Origin: an uncultured Verrucomicrobiae bacterium
GTDB taxonomy: Bacteria; Verrucomicrobiota; Verrucomicrobiia; Chthoniobacterales; UBA10450
Direction of reading: 5' to 3'
Length of the DNA: 64,000 nucleotides
Assembly (NCBI GenBank): GCA_963801815.1
Contig: CAWDGJ010000002.1
Coordinates: 448,001 to 512,000, forward strand
The notes below the pieces were generated by a model. The model was not told the DNA's origin and did not search any database. It worked only from the letters and a program-made list of their open reading frames with translations. A program made the position numbers and the translations under genes. Of the stretch, positions 28,875-37,978 are shown piece by piece (the first letter of the stretch is position 1; each line of letters begins with the position of its first letter).

Positions 28875-30242
28875 TTATCCGCCAAGCTCTTTCCGCCAAT
28901 GCTTGATCTGCGTCTTGACGTTTTCCGGCGAGGGCGCGCCAGTTGCGCGACGCGCAGACAAGGAACGGCGGACGTCGAACACTTTGACTACATCGGCACC
29001 GAACCGCGTAGAAAACTTTCTTAACGCGGCCAGCGGGATCTCATCCAGACGTTTCTTCTTCGCAATCGAATGATTCACAACGCGGCCGACAATTTCGTGC
29101 GCTTTGCGAAATGGCATTTCCTTTTTGACCAAATACTCTGCCAGGTCCGTGGCGAGAAGATTCGGATCGCTGGCCGCTTCTTTCATCCTGGCGCGATCAA
29201 TTTTCAGCTTCGGGACCATTGCGGTAAAAAGGTCGAGCGCAGACGAAACTGTATCGAGGGAATCAAACAGCGCTTCTTTGTCTTCCTGCAGGTCGCGATT
29301 GTAAGACGATGGAAGCGCCTTCAGGGTCGTCAGGATAGACATCAGATTCCCGTAGAGCCGTCCGGTCTTGCCACGCGTGAGCTCAGCCATGTCGGGGTTC
29401 CTTTTTTGGGGCATCAAACTCGAGCCAGTTGAAAATTCGTCGCTGAATTCCACGAAACCGAATTCGCTCGTACTCCAAAGGATGAGGTCCTCGCTCAAAC
29501 GCGAGAGATGCATGCCGATCATCGCCAGGCAGAAGATGAACTCGCAGACAAAATCGCGATCACCGACCGCATCGAGGCTGTTTTGACTCACGCGGCCAAA
29601 CTTGAGGTCGCGAGCGATTGATTCGCGATCGAGTGCAATGGTCGAGCCGGCGAGCGCACCGGACCCGAGCGGGAGAACATCAGTCCGTGACCAACAATTG
29701 CCCAGGCGTTCGTGATCTCGCGCCAAACTTTCGACCTGACTTAACAAGTAGTGCGCGAACAACACTGGCTGTGCGCGTTGAAGATGTGTGTATCCCGGCA
29801 TCACAACATCAGCGTGTTTCTGGGCGAGACCGAGCAGAGCCCTTTGCACTTTCTTTAGCCGTGAAGAGGTGCGGCCAATCTCGTCTTTGACGAAAAGACG
29901 CAGGTCGAGCGCAACTTGATCGTTCCGACTGCGCGCAGTGTGCAGCTTCGCTCCAGCTTCGCCGATTTTCTTTGTCAACGCGCCTTCGATGTTCATGTGC
30001 ACGTCCTCGAGCGCTTCGCTCCATTGAAATTGTCCGGACGCGATTTCACGCTCGATTTCGTGCAATCCGGTTTCGATTTTTTTCTTCTCGTCCACGGAAA
30101 TGATGGCGGCTCTGGCCAGGGCGCCGGCATGGGCAATCGAACCGGCGATATCGTAACGATAAAGGCGCCGATCAAACGATAGTGATTCGCTGTAGCGTTG
30201 CGCAACAGGCGCCATCGATTTACCAAAGCGTCCCTTACGCAT
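28875..30242 (-). CDS. argH: Argininosuccinate lyase
   Basis: EDVHMNIE, LHTARSRNDQV, MPGYTHLQRAQP, TGSSLMPQKRNPD, YNRDLQEDKE. Confidence 0.97.
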   Translation of the reverse strand: MRKGRFGKSMAPVAQRYSESLSFDRRLYRYDIAGSIAHAGALARAAIISVDEKKKIETGLHEIEREIASGQFQWSEALEDVHMNIEGALTKKIGEAGAKLHTARSRNDQVALDLRLFVKDEIGRTSSRLKKVQRALLGLAQKHADVVMPGYTHLQRAQPVLFAHYLLSQVESLARDHERLGNCWSRTDVLPLGSGALAGSTIALDRESIARDLKFGRVSQNSLDAVGDRDFVCEFIFCLAMIGMHLSRLSEDLILWSTSEFGFVEFSDEFSTGSSLMPQKRNPDMAELTRGKTGRLYGNLMSILTTLKALPSSYNRDLQEDKEALFDSLDTVSSALDLFTAMVPKLKIDRARMKEAASDPNLLATDLAEYLVKKEMPFRKAHEIVGRVVNHSIAKKKRLDEIPLAALRKFSTRFGADVVKVFDVRRSLSARRATGAPSPENVKTQIKHWRKELGG

Positions 30243-30247
30243 GGAGT

Positions 30248-30619
30248 TCAATCCAGTGCTGCCCGTCGAATCACCGTGACCGACGTGTAAGCAACATCCT
30301 TCAGAACAAACTTGCGGACCTCGAGTGAAATTTTTCGAAGACGAAATTTTCGCAACAGATGAGCGGAAACTTCGCCCGCGAGCGTTTCCAGAAGCTTGGG
30401 CGACTGTTGCGCCAAATATTTTTTGGTTTCCTGGCAAAGGACTGCGTAATCGACGGTCCGGGTAACGGCGTCTTTCACATCGCGCAGGTCTCGCGCCGGC
30501 CAAAGCGTGATGTTGAGCACAAGCCGCTGTTTCTTCGCGCGTTCGGCCTTTGAAACGCCGACGTGTGCAAACACCTTCAATTGTTCGACATGAACCTGGT
30601 GCTCGGCGCCAATTCGCAT
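30248..30619 (-). CDS. folB: Dihydroneopterin aldolase
   Basis: AHVGV..ER...Q, TVDYA, LLETLA, EVRK. Confidence 0.88.
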   Translation of the reverse strand: MRIGAEHQVHVEQLKVFAHVGVSKAERAKKQRLVLNITLWPARDLRDVKDAVTRTVDYAVLCQETKKYLAQQSPKLLETLAGEVSAHLLRKFRLRKISLEVRKFVLKDVAYTSVTVIRRAALD

Positions 30620-30650
30620 TTATCCAGTTCCTATCATGATCGCGCGGTAC

Positions 30651-31010
30651 TTATCCAACGCGAAAGCGAATATCGCGAATGATCTTGCCGCCGAAACGTT
30701 GTTTCAGCTTTCGGAGGATGTCGATCTTGGAAATCTGTTCGAGCTCGTAATGCAATGCCGGTTGCAGAACGCGGACGTACAAGATACCCCCGCGCAACGA
30801 GACTGGCGCTGAATGCGCCGCGATAAATTCGCCGACGATTTTACTCCAAGCCTCCATCACTTCATTCTCGTGCAATCGCTCCTTGAGACCGAGTCGTTGC
30901 ATGAGCTTCGGCAAAACGTCCACCGGTGCGTTCCAGCGATCGGACGCAACCGCTTTCCCGGGCAACCCCCGCCACTCGGCGATGATCCTGGCGCGAAGAG
31001 AAGACTTCAT
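30651..31010 (-). CDS. dciA: DUF721 / DciA family protein
   Basis: AWSKIVGEFIAAHSAP, GILYVRV, ILRKL...IRDIRFRVG. Confidence 0.75.
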   Translation of the reverse strand: MKSSLRARIIAEWRGLPGKAVASDRWNAPVDVLPKLMQRLGLKERLHENEVMEAWSKIVGEFIAAHSAPVSLRGGILYVRVLQPALHYELEQISKIDILRKLKQRFGGKIIRDIRFRVG

Positions 31011-31110
31011 GTGAACGGTGAAGCGTTGAACAGTTAAAGTATCAAAGCGAGAAAAAGATCAGCAGTCGACAGCCCCGCTTCAACCTCTTAACGCGTTATC
31101 CCTTCAACGG

Positions 31111-32530
31111 TCAGTATCGTCGCCGCATGTTGCTCGGCAAGATATTCAGCTCGGTCCGGTATTTCGCCACGGTCCGGCGGGCAATCGGGAATTCCGCGTT
31201 TGCTCAGAATTTCGACGATTTCCTTGTCGCTCAGTGGCGAATTGCCGTCTTCGTCTTTGACCAGATCGAGAATCGCTTCTTTCACGCTGGTGTTGCTCAT
31301 CGATTCGCCGGTGGCGGTTTGGTAACCAGGCGTGAAGAAATATTTCATCTCAAAAACGCCCTGCGGCGTGGACATGTATTTGCCGGAGATGGCGCGACTT
31401 ACCGTCGTTTCGTGGACACCGACTGCATCGGCGATTTGCACCATCGTCATCGGCTTTAAAAAGGCAGAGCCTTGTCGAAGAATTCGCGCTGCCGTTTCAC
31501 AATCTGGTGCGCGATGTTGGAGATTGTCTGCTGGCGTTGATGAATGGATTTGATCAGAAATTTTCCGCTTCGGATCTTGTCGCGGATGTAATCCTTCACG
31601 TCGCTGCCGTTACCGTCCTGCGCCATGATGTCCTTGTAAGTGTTGCTGATGCGCAGGTGCGGGATCTGTTCGCCGTTTAAGATGACCTGATAATCGCCGT
31701 TCACTTTTTCAACTGTGACGTCCGGCAGAACATAATTTTGCGGAGCGGCGGCGAATATGGCACCCGGTCGCGGGTCGAGTTGCGCGATGTTGTTGGCGCA
31801 CTTCTGCACTTGTTCGACGCTGATTCCGATTCGCCGGGCAATCTCCGGGAAACGGCGCTTGCCCAGATCCTGCATGTGGTCGGCGACTATTTTGTATTCG
31901 AGGCTGTTTTGTCTGCCTTCGCGTTTGAGCTGAATCAGCAAACATTCGCGCAAGTCGCGCGCGCCTACGCCCGGCGGATGAAAACTTTGAATCAGTGTCA
32001 GCATGTGCTCGAAATCCTCTTTCGGAATTCCGGTGTTGAGCGCCATCTCTTCCGGCGTCGTTTGAAGAAATCCGTTGTCGTCGATGTTGCCGATGATCAG
32101 CTCTGCAGTCTTGCGGTCGTCCGCGTTCAAGCACGTTTTGATTGAGCTGTCCCATCAAGTGCTGTTGCAGCGTTTCCTGGGTGGCGATTGAATCGAAAAA
32201 GAACTGGCGCTTTTCTTCCGCTTCCTGCGAGCGTCCGCTATAACTGCTCGATTGCGCCATGTAATCGCGCCATTCCTCATCGAGCTTGGCCAGCTTATCG
32301 AATTCCTCTTTGAAATTGTCGTCCGGTGGAGTCTCCGATTCTGCAGGCGCCTCCGGATTCGGCGGATCAGCCAATTCCTCCAGCACCGGATTGGTCTCCA
32401 TTTCCTGCTGAACGAGATTGCGCAGTTCGAGCAACGGCGCCTGAAGAATGAGGAGGCTTTGCTGGAGCTGAGGCGCGAGGACCTGTTGCAGAGATAGATT
32501 CTGCGTTTGATGCATTCCAGGACCGGCCAT
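31111..32530 (-). CDS. rpoN: RNA polymerase sigma-54 factor, with three apparent frameshifts (about 32135, 31465 and 31187)
   Basis: Region I LAPQLQQSL..LQ, NPVLEE, IGNIDDNGFL, HETTVSRAISGKY; RpoN box ARRTVAKYR in the final frame, ending NMRRRY-stop at 31111. Confidence 0.93.
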
Positions 32531-32623
32531 AGTGTGGAGTTTACTGTCGGGCGAGCGACAGGCAAGCAGGTTACGGGCCGCAGGTGCTTTTCGAGGGGGA
32601 ATTCTGCGCTTCCCAACGATTTG

Positions 32624-32639
32624 CGGAACACGAATTGCT
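32624..32639 (+). promoter_or_regulatory. Candidate sigma-54 promoter
   Basis: CGGAACACGAATTGCT, GG(32625)-N10-GC(32637), about 30 nt before the ATG at 32670. Confidence 0.55.
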
Positions 32640-32669
32640 ATTCATGGGAACGATCCAAGTCCCGCTTAA

Positions 32670-32903
32670 ATGAACCAATCAATTCCTGCGCTTCTGTTTG
32701 TCGCAACGTTATTCGCCGTCTCGTCGACTGTCGCTCAAGCGCCGGCCGACACAAACCAGGAGCCAAGACTTCTCGCCTTGATTAAGGAAGTTCAGACTCA
32801 GCAGGCGCAATTGGCCGAGAACCAGGCCAAGATCGAGGAAAAGCTGGCGGCTGTTTCGGAATCCGTGCGCACCGCCCGGATTTACGCAAAGAGGGGGAAA
32901 TAA
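32670..32903 (+). CDS. Small secreted coiled-coil protein
   Basis: Signal peptide, heptad-patterned helix, C-terminus RIYAKRGK. Confidence 0.8.
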   Translation: MNQSIPALLFVATLFAVSSTVAQAPADTNQEPRLLALIKEVQTQQAQLAENQAKIEEKLAAVSESVRTARIYAKRGK

Positions 32904-33191
32904 TGCGCGTCGCAAGACTTTTCTGCTTACTCGTTCTTCTCTCGCTGAGCGCAATCAAGGCACAGTCGCCGGCACCGGTTATCGTCCAGGCGGCATCGCC
33001 CGGCACCGCCACATCTAAAACGGTCGCTACTATCCCGGTGCCCCAGCTCGGTTCCGGACGCGATTAAATTGCTCGAACAGCTAAAGGCGGCCAATGACGA
33101 AGTGCTCGCAAAACAAAAGGCAGCACTCGAACAGCTGGACGAATTGCAACAAGCCGTCGACGAGCTGCGCATCTTCTCAAAGCGCGGCTAA
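32903..33191 (+). CDS. Small secreted coiled-coil protein, paralog of the previous gene; one extra C at about 33041-33044
   Basis: TAATG coupling; MRVARLFCLLVLLSLSAIKAQSP..., and after removing one C: PDAIKLLEQLKAANDEVLAKQKAALEQLDELQQAVDELRIFSKRG. Confidence 0.7.
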
Positions 33192-33208
33192 GCTCACCAC
33201 CGGCGGAC

Positions 33209-33991
33209 TTACAGTCCTGCCATGTCCCATTTCCGGATCGTGTCCTCGATCAACCGCGCGATCTTGTCGTTCACTTTATTGAAGTAACTCTTTGCCTTTG
33301 AGAGATCGAAGCTCGGATAGCCCTCGCCTTCTTTGTAAAGCAGGATGCTCGACGGAAATGGATATGCGTTCCACACGTTTGGCGATGGAATTGCTGTCGC
33401 CATTTTGGGCCCGGCGTAGCGCTTTTTTTGGACCAGTTCGGGATCGATCGCCAGCATGTAAGCAGTTTCAGTATTACCGGCGTGGCCGCCATCCTCGCCA
33501 AAAACCTCCCGACAAACATCGCTGCAATATGACCACCAATTCACGGTCAGGATTCTCGTGCTGGTATCCCGTCCCACTTCCTGCCCAAGCGTCATCAGAA
33601 CCGCTGTCTGGCCTGCCCCGTGACCGTTCAGCATCACAATGTTCTTGAATTTGCTCCGGGCGAGTCCAACCACAACGGCGCGCACATATTCCCGGTAAAC
33701 GCTTTCCGGAATCGTGAAATTACCGGGATAAGCGTCAAGCGATCCGGTAAACCCGTAGGGAACCACCGGCGCAATCATTGCATTCACGCGCGGTGCGATT
33801 TCGCGCGCCATGGTCAATGGAATTATGATGTCCGTTCCGTTCGCTGTAACGCCATGCGGCTCCATTGTTCCGAGCGGCAATAACACTGTGTCGATCTTCG
33901 CGGGTATCCACTCCCGAAATTCCATCCAGTTGATCCGCTCCATCTCTCGCGTCGTCGGACCACCTTTTTTTCGCGAAACTTTCATCACCAC
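33209..33991 (-). CDS. Creatininase family protein
   Basis: LPLGTMEPHG, GTD, LNGHGAG, GGHAGNTETA. Confidence 0.88.
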   Translation of the reverse strand: MVMKVSRKKGGPTTREMERINWMEFREWIPAKIDTVLLPLGTMEPHGVTANGTDIIIPLTMAREIAPRVNAMIAPVVPYGFTGSLDAYPGNFTIPESVYREYVRAVVVGLARSKFKNIVMLNGHGAGQTAVLMTLGQEVGRDTSTRILTVNWWSYCSDVCREVFGEDGGHAGNTETAYMLAIDPELVQKKRYAGPKMATAIPSPNVWNAYPFPSSILLYKEGEGYPSFDLSKAKSYFNKVNDKIARLIEDTIRKWDMAGL

Positions 33992-34018
33992 GTTTCGGCA
34001 GAAGCCGATCTGAATTAG

Positions 34019-35386
34019 CTACTTCTTCTTCGGCTCGATCTTGCGGTAGAGCGTGGCCATGCTGATTCCAAGCATGTTGGCCGCTTTCTCGCGCGAGCCG
34101 TCACAGTGAGCCAACGTCGCTTCGATGTAATTGCGCTCCTGTTGTTGAACGAAATCATCCAAAGTCTCTCCGACCGGCATGCTCGCGATCGCCTCATCGG
34201 TTTTGACACCTTCCGCGTGATCGACAATGTGCGGCGGCAAATCGGCTGTTAGAATCAGATCGTTCTCACACAACGCGCACGCTCGCTCGATCGCGTTCTC
34301 CAATTCGCGGACATTTCCTGGATAGTGATAATGACAAAGAATGTCGATCGCGACGGGATCGATCTTCTTTGGTTCGCCACCAGTCGCGCTCGCTTGCTTT
34401 TGCAAAAAATGGTTCACGAGCAATGGCACATCTTCGAGCCGGTCGCGCAGCGGCGGAATCTCAATCGGAATAACCGCGAGCCGGTAGTAAAAATCCTCGC
34501 GAAACGTTCCATCTTTCAGCTTCGGTTGAAGCCGCTCATTGGTCGCGCCGATCACCCGAACATTGACCGGCGAGCTCTTGTTGTCGCCGACGCGCCGGAC
34601 TTCGCGCTCTTGCAACACGCGCAGAAGTTTCGTCTGCAGTTGCGGCGCCATTGAATTCACTTCGTCGAGGAAAATTGTTCCCAAATTCGCTTCCTCAAAC
34701 AATCCGCGCTTGTCCGCGACGGCGCCGGTAAAAGATCCTTTCTTGTGACCAAATAATTCCGACTCGAGCAAATTTTCCGGCAATGCGCTGCAATTGATCG
34801 CCACGAAGGGATGATGCTGACGATTGCTGTTGAAATGAAGCCCTCGTGCGACCAGTTCCTTGCCGGTGCCGCTTTCACCAACGATCAGCACCGTGCTGTC
34901 GGTGTCTGCGACTTTGCTAATCAGGTTGTAAACGTGCTGCATCTTGCCGCTCGTGCCGATGATGTTCTCGAGCTTGTGTTTTTCCCTGAGCTCTTTGCGG
35001 AGATACGTGATCTCACCGACTGCCGCCTGATAATCGAGCGCCATCTGAATGCGCGTTTGCAGCTCGTCGATCTTGAACGGTTTGAGAATGTAATCGCGCG
35101 CGCCCATCTTCATCGCTTGAACGGCTGTTTCGGCCGACCCGAACGCAGTGATGAGGATCACGGAAGTTTGGCGCTGATGCTCGCGAACGTGCCGTAACAC
35201 ATCGAACCCGGTCATCGTTTCCATTTTGATGTCGGTAATGACGACTTCGGGTTGAATGGCGTCGAGCTGCTCGAGGGCCTTCGAGGGGGCGTTGAACGGG
35301 AAAACCTGGTGTCCTTTTTCGCGACAGAGAGTGACAATCACTTCTATCATCGCAGGTTCGTCATCAATGATTACGATTTTAGCCAT
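34019..35386 (-). CDS. Sigma-54-dependent response regulator (NtrC family: REC-AAA+-HTH)
   Basis: IIDDE, TDIKM, GESGTGKE, ESELFGHKKGSFTGA, FLDEV, YPGNVRELEN, LGISMATLYRKI. Confidence 0.95.
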   Translation of the reverse strand: MAKIVIIDDEPAMIEVIVTLCREKGHQVFPFNAPSKALEQLDAIQPEVVITDIKMETMTGFDVLRHVREHQRQTSVILITAFGSAETAVQAMKMGARDYILKPFKIDELQTRIQMALDYQAAVGEITYLRKELREKHKLENIIGTSGKMQHVYNLISKVADTDSTVLIVGESGTGKELVARGLHFNSNRQHHPFVAINCSALPENLLESELFGHKKGSFTGAVADKRGLFEEANLGTIFLDEVNSMAPQLQTKLLRVLQEREVRRVGDNKSSPVNVRVIGATNERLQPKLKDGTFREDFYYRLAVIPIEIPPLRDRLEDVPLLVNHFLQKQASATGGEPKKIDPVAIDILCHYHYPGNVRELENAIERACALCENDLILTADLPPHIVDHAEGVKTDEAIASMPVGETLDDFVQQQERNYIEATLAHCDGSREKAANMLGISMATLYRKIEPKKK

Positions 35387-35453
35387 GGGAAATCTCAGCG
35401 CGGAGAATATTTCACTTTTGAGAAAAAGAAAGCGATTTTGAGAATTTTGCTGG

Positions 35454-36653
35454 TTAGGCCGAAATTCGGCCGTTGAGCATGGACCAACCGACAGCTCGAT
35501 CGAATGCAATAGTGTCTTCGAGAACTGACGTCGATTTCGCGATTGGGATCGCGATGAGGTCCGCGAGAAAGCCTTGGCGAATTTTTCCAAGATTTCTCTC
35601 CTGTTTCAACGCGCTCGCCGGATTAACCGTTACTAGTTTCAAAATTTCCCCTGGTGCAACGCCGGGAAACTTCTTTTGAAACGCCCGCATCTCGGCGAAC
35701 AAGCTGAGATCATCGTTGCTGGCGAGACTGTCCGTCCCGAGACCAATGTTGAATCCAAGCCCGTGCAGCTTCTGAAACTCAAACGGCGAGTATTCAAAAT
35801 ACTGGTGGCTCCGTGGGCAGTGAACGATCGACGAGCGATCCACTAATTTCTCCAGCCGTCCGAAATCGCCGCCTTTGAGCTCGTTCAGGTGCACGAGGAG
35901 GTAAGGGACAGTGCCCCCAATCGCCAGAAAACGTTCCACTGCTGTGCCCTTGCCGCAGTCCGTCATTTCTCTTCCAATCTCCTTGAGAAACTCATAAAGC
36001 GCTCCGCTGGCATTTTGAAACATCGACAGCTCCTCGCGCGACTCAGCTAGATGTGTTGATAGCAAAACATTGTTGTGCCGAGCCACCTCCTCGCAACATC
36101 GATACAATTCCGCGGATGCGGTGAATAGCGCATGCGGCGACAGGCCCCAATGCTTTTGTGATTTCAATCGTTCGACCGCAAAATCAACAAGCTCGCTGGC
36201 GCGGGCCGGATCGCGGACATCGATCAACTCAGCGAACCACCAGGTTCGAATCGGGGCTTCGACTTGCGAAACCAGTTCCGGAAACGCGGTCAGGTTTGCC
36301 ATTGTCGTCGTCCCGAATCGCTTCGCTTCGGCGAACCCTTCATTGATCGAGCGAACGTAATCTTTTGACGACAGTTTGGATTTCTCAGCGTTGATCGCGC
36401 GAATCCAATCGCTGAACGATTTTTGCGGCGGGATTTTGCCGCGCAGACAGCTGTAATCGAGGTGACAATGCGCGTTGATTAATCCTGGCAACAGGCCTTG
36501 CTCCCCAAGATCGACAACTTCGTCGGCCGAATGCTTCTTCGTGATGTCGGAGAACTTTCCAACATCGATAATCCTGTCCGCCGTTACCACTACCGCGCCG
36601 TTGTCGATCGGCGGACCATCCATCGTCACGACAACTCGCGCGCGGATGATCAT
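35454..36653 (-). CDS. Metal-dependent amidohydrolase (MTA/SAH or aminofutalosine deaminase-like)
   Basis: PGLINAHCHL, SPHA, THLAES, VHCPRS, LGTDSLASN. Confidence 0.85.
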   Translation of the reverse strand: MIIRARVVVTMDGPPIDNGAVVVTADRIIDVGKFSDITKKHSADEVVDLGEQGLLPGLINAHCHLDYSCLRGKIPPQKSFSDWIRAINAEKSKLSSKDYVRSINEGFAEAKRFGTTTMANLTAFPELVSQVEAPIRTWWFAELIDVRDPARASELVDFAVERLKSQKHWGLSPHALFTASAELYRCCEEVARHNNVLLSTHLAESREELSMFQNASGALYEFLKEIGREMTDCGKGTAVERFLAIGGTVPYLLVHLNELKGGDFGRLEKLVDRSSIVHCPRSHQYFEYSPFEFQKLHGLGFNIGLGTDSLASNDDLSLFAEMRAFQKKFPGVAPGEILKLVTVNPASALKQERNLGKIRQGFLADLIAIPIAKSTSVLEDTIAFDRAVGWSMLNGRISA

Positions 36654-37303
36654 GCTGGGTTCGTTTCGCCTCTGACCACTTTGCGACATTCGGCCACGAG
36701 CAAATTGCAGGCTTCTGAACAAAGCAACGGGATCGCGTGCTCGCCGCGGCCAGTTTGGTCGCAGGCAGGATCAAATTTCTCCGGCGGCAGTCTCGATGAT
36801 GAAGGGGCGCCGATTTCATCGCGCTTCCACAAGACGGTTCGCAGACAACCTCCGTTCGATTTGCAAAAATTTCCGACCAAATCGTCAATTTGCTGGTCGG
36901 AAACTTTCGCCGCCACCCGATACATCCCCGATTGTCGATTCAACGTGCCACGAAGTGTCGTCATCGTTAATCGATTCGCCTTCCATCTGGCGAGGATCGC
37001 CAATCTACCTGGATAAAAATAGTCAAGCGCGCGCCGCAACTCGCCAAGATCGACAAGCTCCAGGAGCCAGCCATGCCGTAGATTCGGGGCGGTTTTCAGT
37101 GGGCGATAGTTTTCGTCATCATCGTATCGAGCAATTTCAATCGCATCTTCGGGTTTCCGAAAGTTCTTAAGCTTGCCGCTCGGTCGATCATCCCGATGAC
37201 ACAACGCGAAACCGTTGTTGGCCGTTCGTTGAATTAGGACCTGACCGATCGAAGTGCTGTCGCTCAACGCCGACGCAAGCGTTGTCTCGATCGAATCCGG
37301 CAT
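36650..37303 (-). CDS. DR2241-like protein with a putative Fe-S Cys motif
   Basis: RYDDDENYRPLKTAPNL, DYFYPG, RQSGMY, FCKSNGGCLRTVLW, LCSEACN. Confidence 0.7.
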   Translation of the reverse strand: MPDSIETTLASALSDSTSIGQVLIQRTANNGFALCHRDDRPSGKLKNFRKPEDAIEIARYDDDENYRPLKTAPNLRHGWLLELVDLGELRRALDYFYPGRLAILARWKANRLTMTTLRGTLNRQSGMYRVAAKVSDQQIDDLVGNFCKSNGGCLRTVLWKRDEIGAPSSSRLPPEKFDPACDQTGRGEHAIPLLCSEACNLLVAECRKVVRGETNPA

Positions 37304-37311
37304 TGCGCCAG

Positions 37312-37770
37312 CTATGCCAAGCAATGCGCGATCAGGCCAGCAGCGCGTTCGAGAAATTGTCGGTCTTCGTCGCCGAACGCGTTCACATTGTCACTTTCGG
37401 CGTCGAGCATACCGACGATGTGACGATTTTCACCCTTGAGCGGGATGATGATCTCAGACCGGGTCGTATGGAACGCGGGCAGGTAACGTTTGTCTTTGTG
37501 AACGTCCCCGACCACGATCGATTTGCCCGATTCCAGCGCCGCACCGCATAACCCCTGGCTGATTGGAAAACGGGGATAGGCTGACGGTTCATCGCCAGTG
37601 CCGGCCAAAATCACAAATTCGTTCTTCACGATCTTATAAATAGCGATGAACCGGTAATCGCGCGCCGCCCGGATCATCTCCGCGACTTGTTTGATACTTT
37701 TCTTGGTGCAGCCGCTGGCCAAAACGTAAGCCCCGATATCCTGGAGTTTCTTCAACGTCTCGGTATGCAT
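37312..37770 (-). CDS. Stand-alone GAF domain protein (fRMsr/MsrC-like)
   Basis: GLCGAA, VGDVHKD.RY, TRSEIIIPL, GMLDAES, FGDED. Confidence 0.85.
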   Translation of the reverse strand: MHTETLKKLQDIGAYVLASGCTKKSIKQVAEMIRAARDYRFIAIYKIVKNEFVILAGTGDEPSAYPRFPISQGLCGAALESGKSIVVGDVHKDKRYLPAFHTTRSEIIIPLKGENRHIVGMLDAESDNVNAFGDEDRQFLERAAGLIAHCLA

Positions 37771-37978
37771 GGCGGCTTGAGTAGGTCAGGAAAGATTGCG
37801 AGGCCGGGCGCACGCGCAACTTTTCTTCGGCTGTTAAAATTGAGGGTCCCCAGCCCGGCTGAAAAACGGCCGGCCTTGATGGCCTGTTTCAGAGACTCGA
37901 AATTAGTGTTCCCCTTCACGATTTCCTGCACCGAAGCGCCGATCGCCGCGGCCTGTTCTAATCCAAATTGGAGGAATT

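Noticed and set aside
31111..32530. Programmed frameshifting or pseudogenisation of rpoN
   Set aside because: I saw no consistent slippery sites, all motifs are intact, and similar indels hit essential genes elsewhere in the window.
33209..33991. Mycofactocin/RiPP cluster (MftE-like peptidase next to small ORFs)
   Set aside because: No radical SAM maturase or RRE protein is nearby, and the small ORFs are convergent with it and carry signal peptides.
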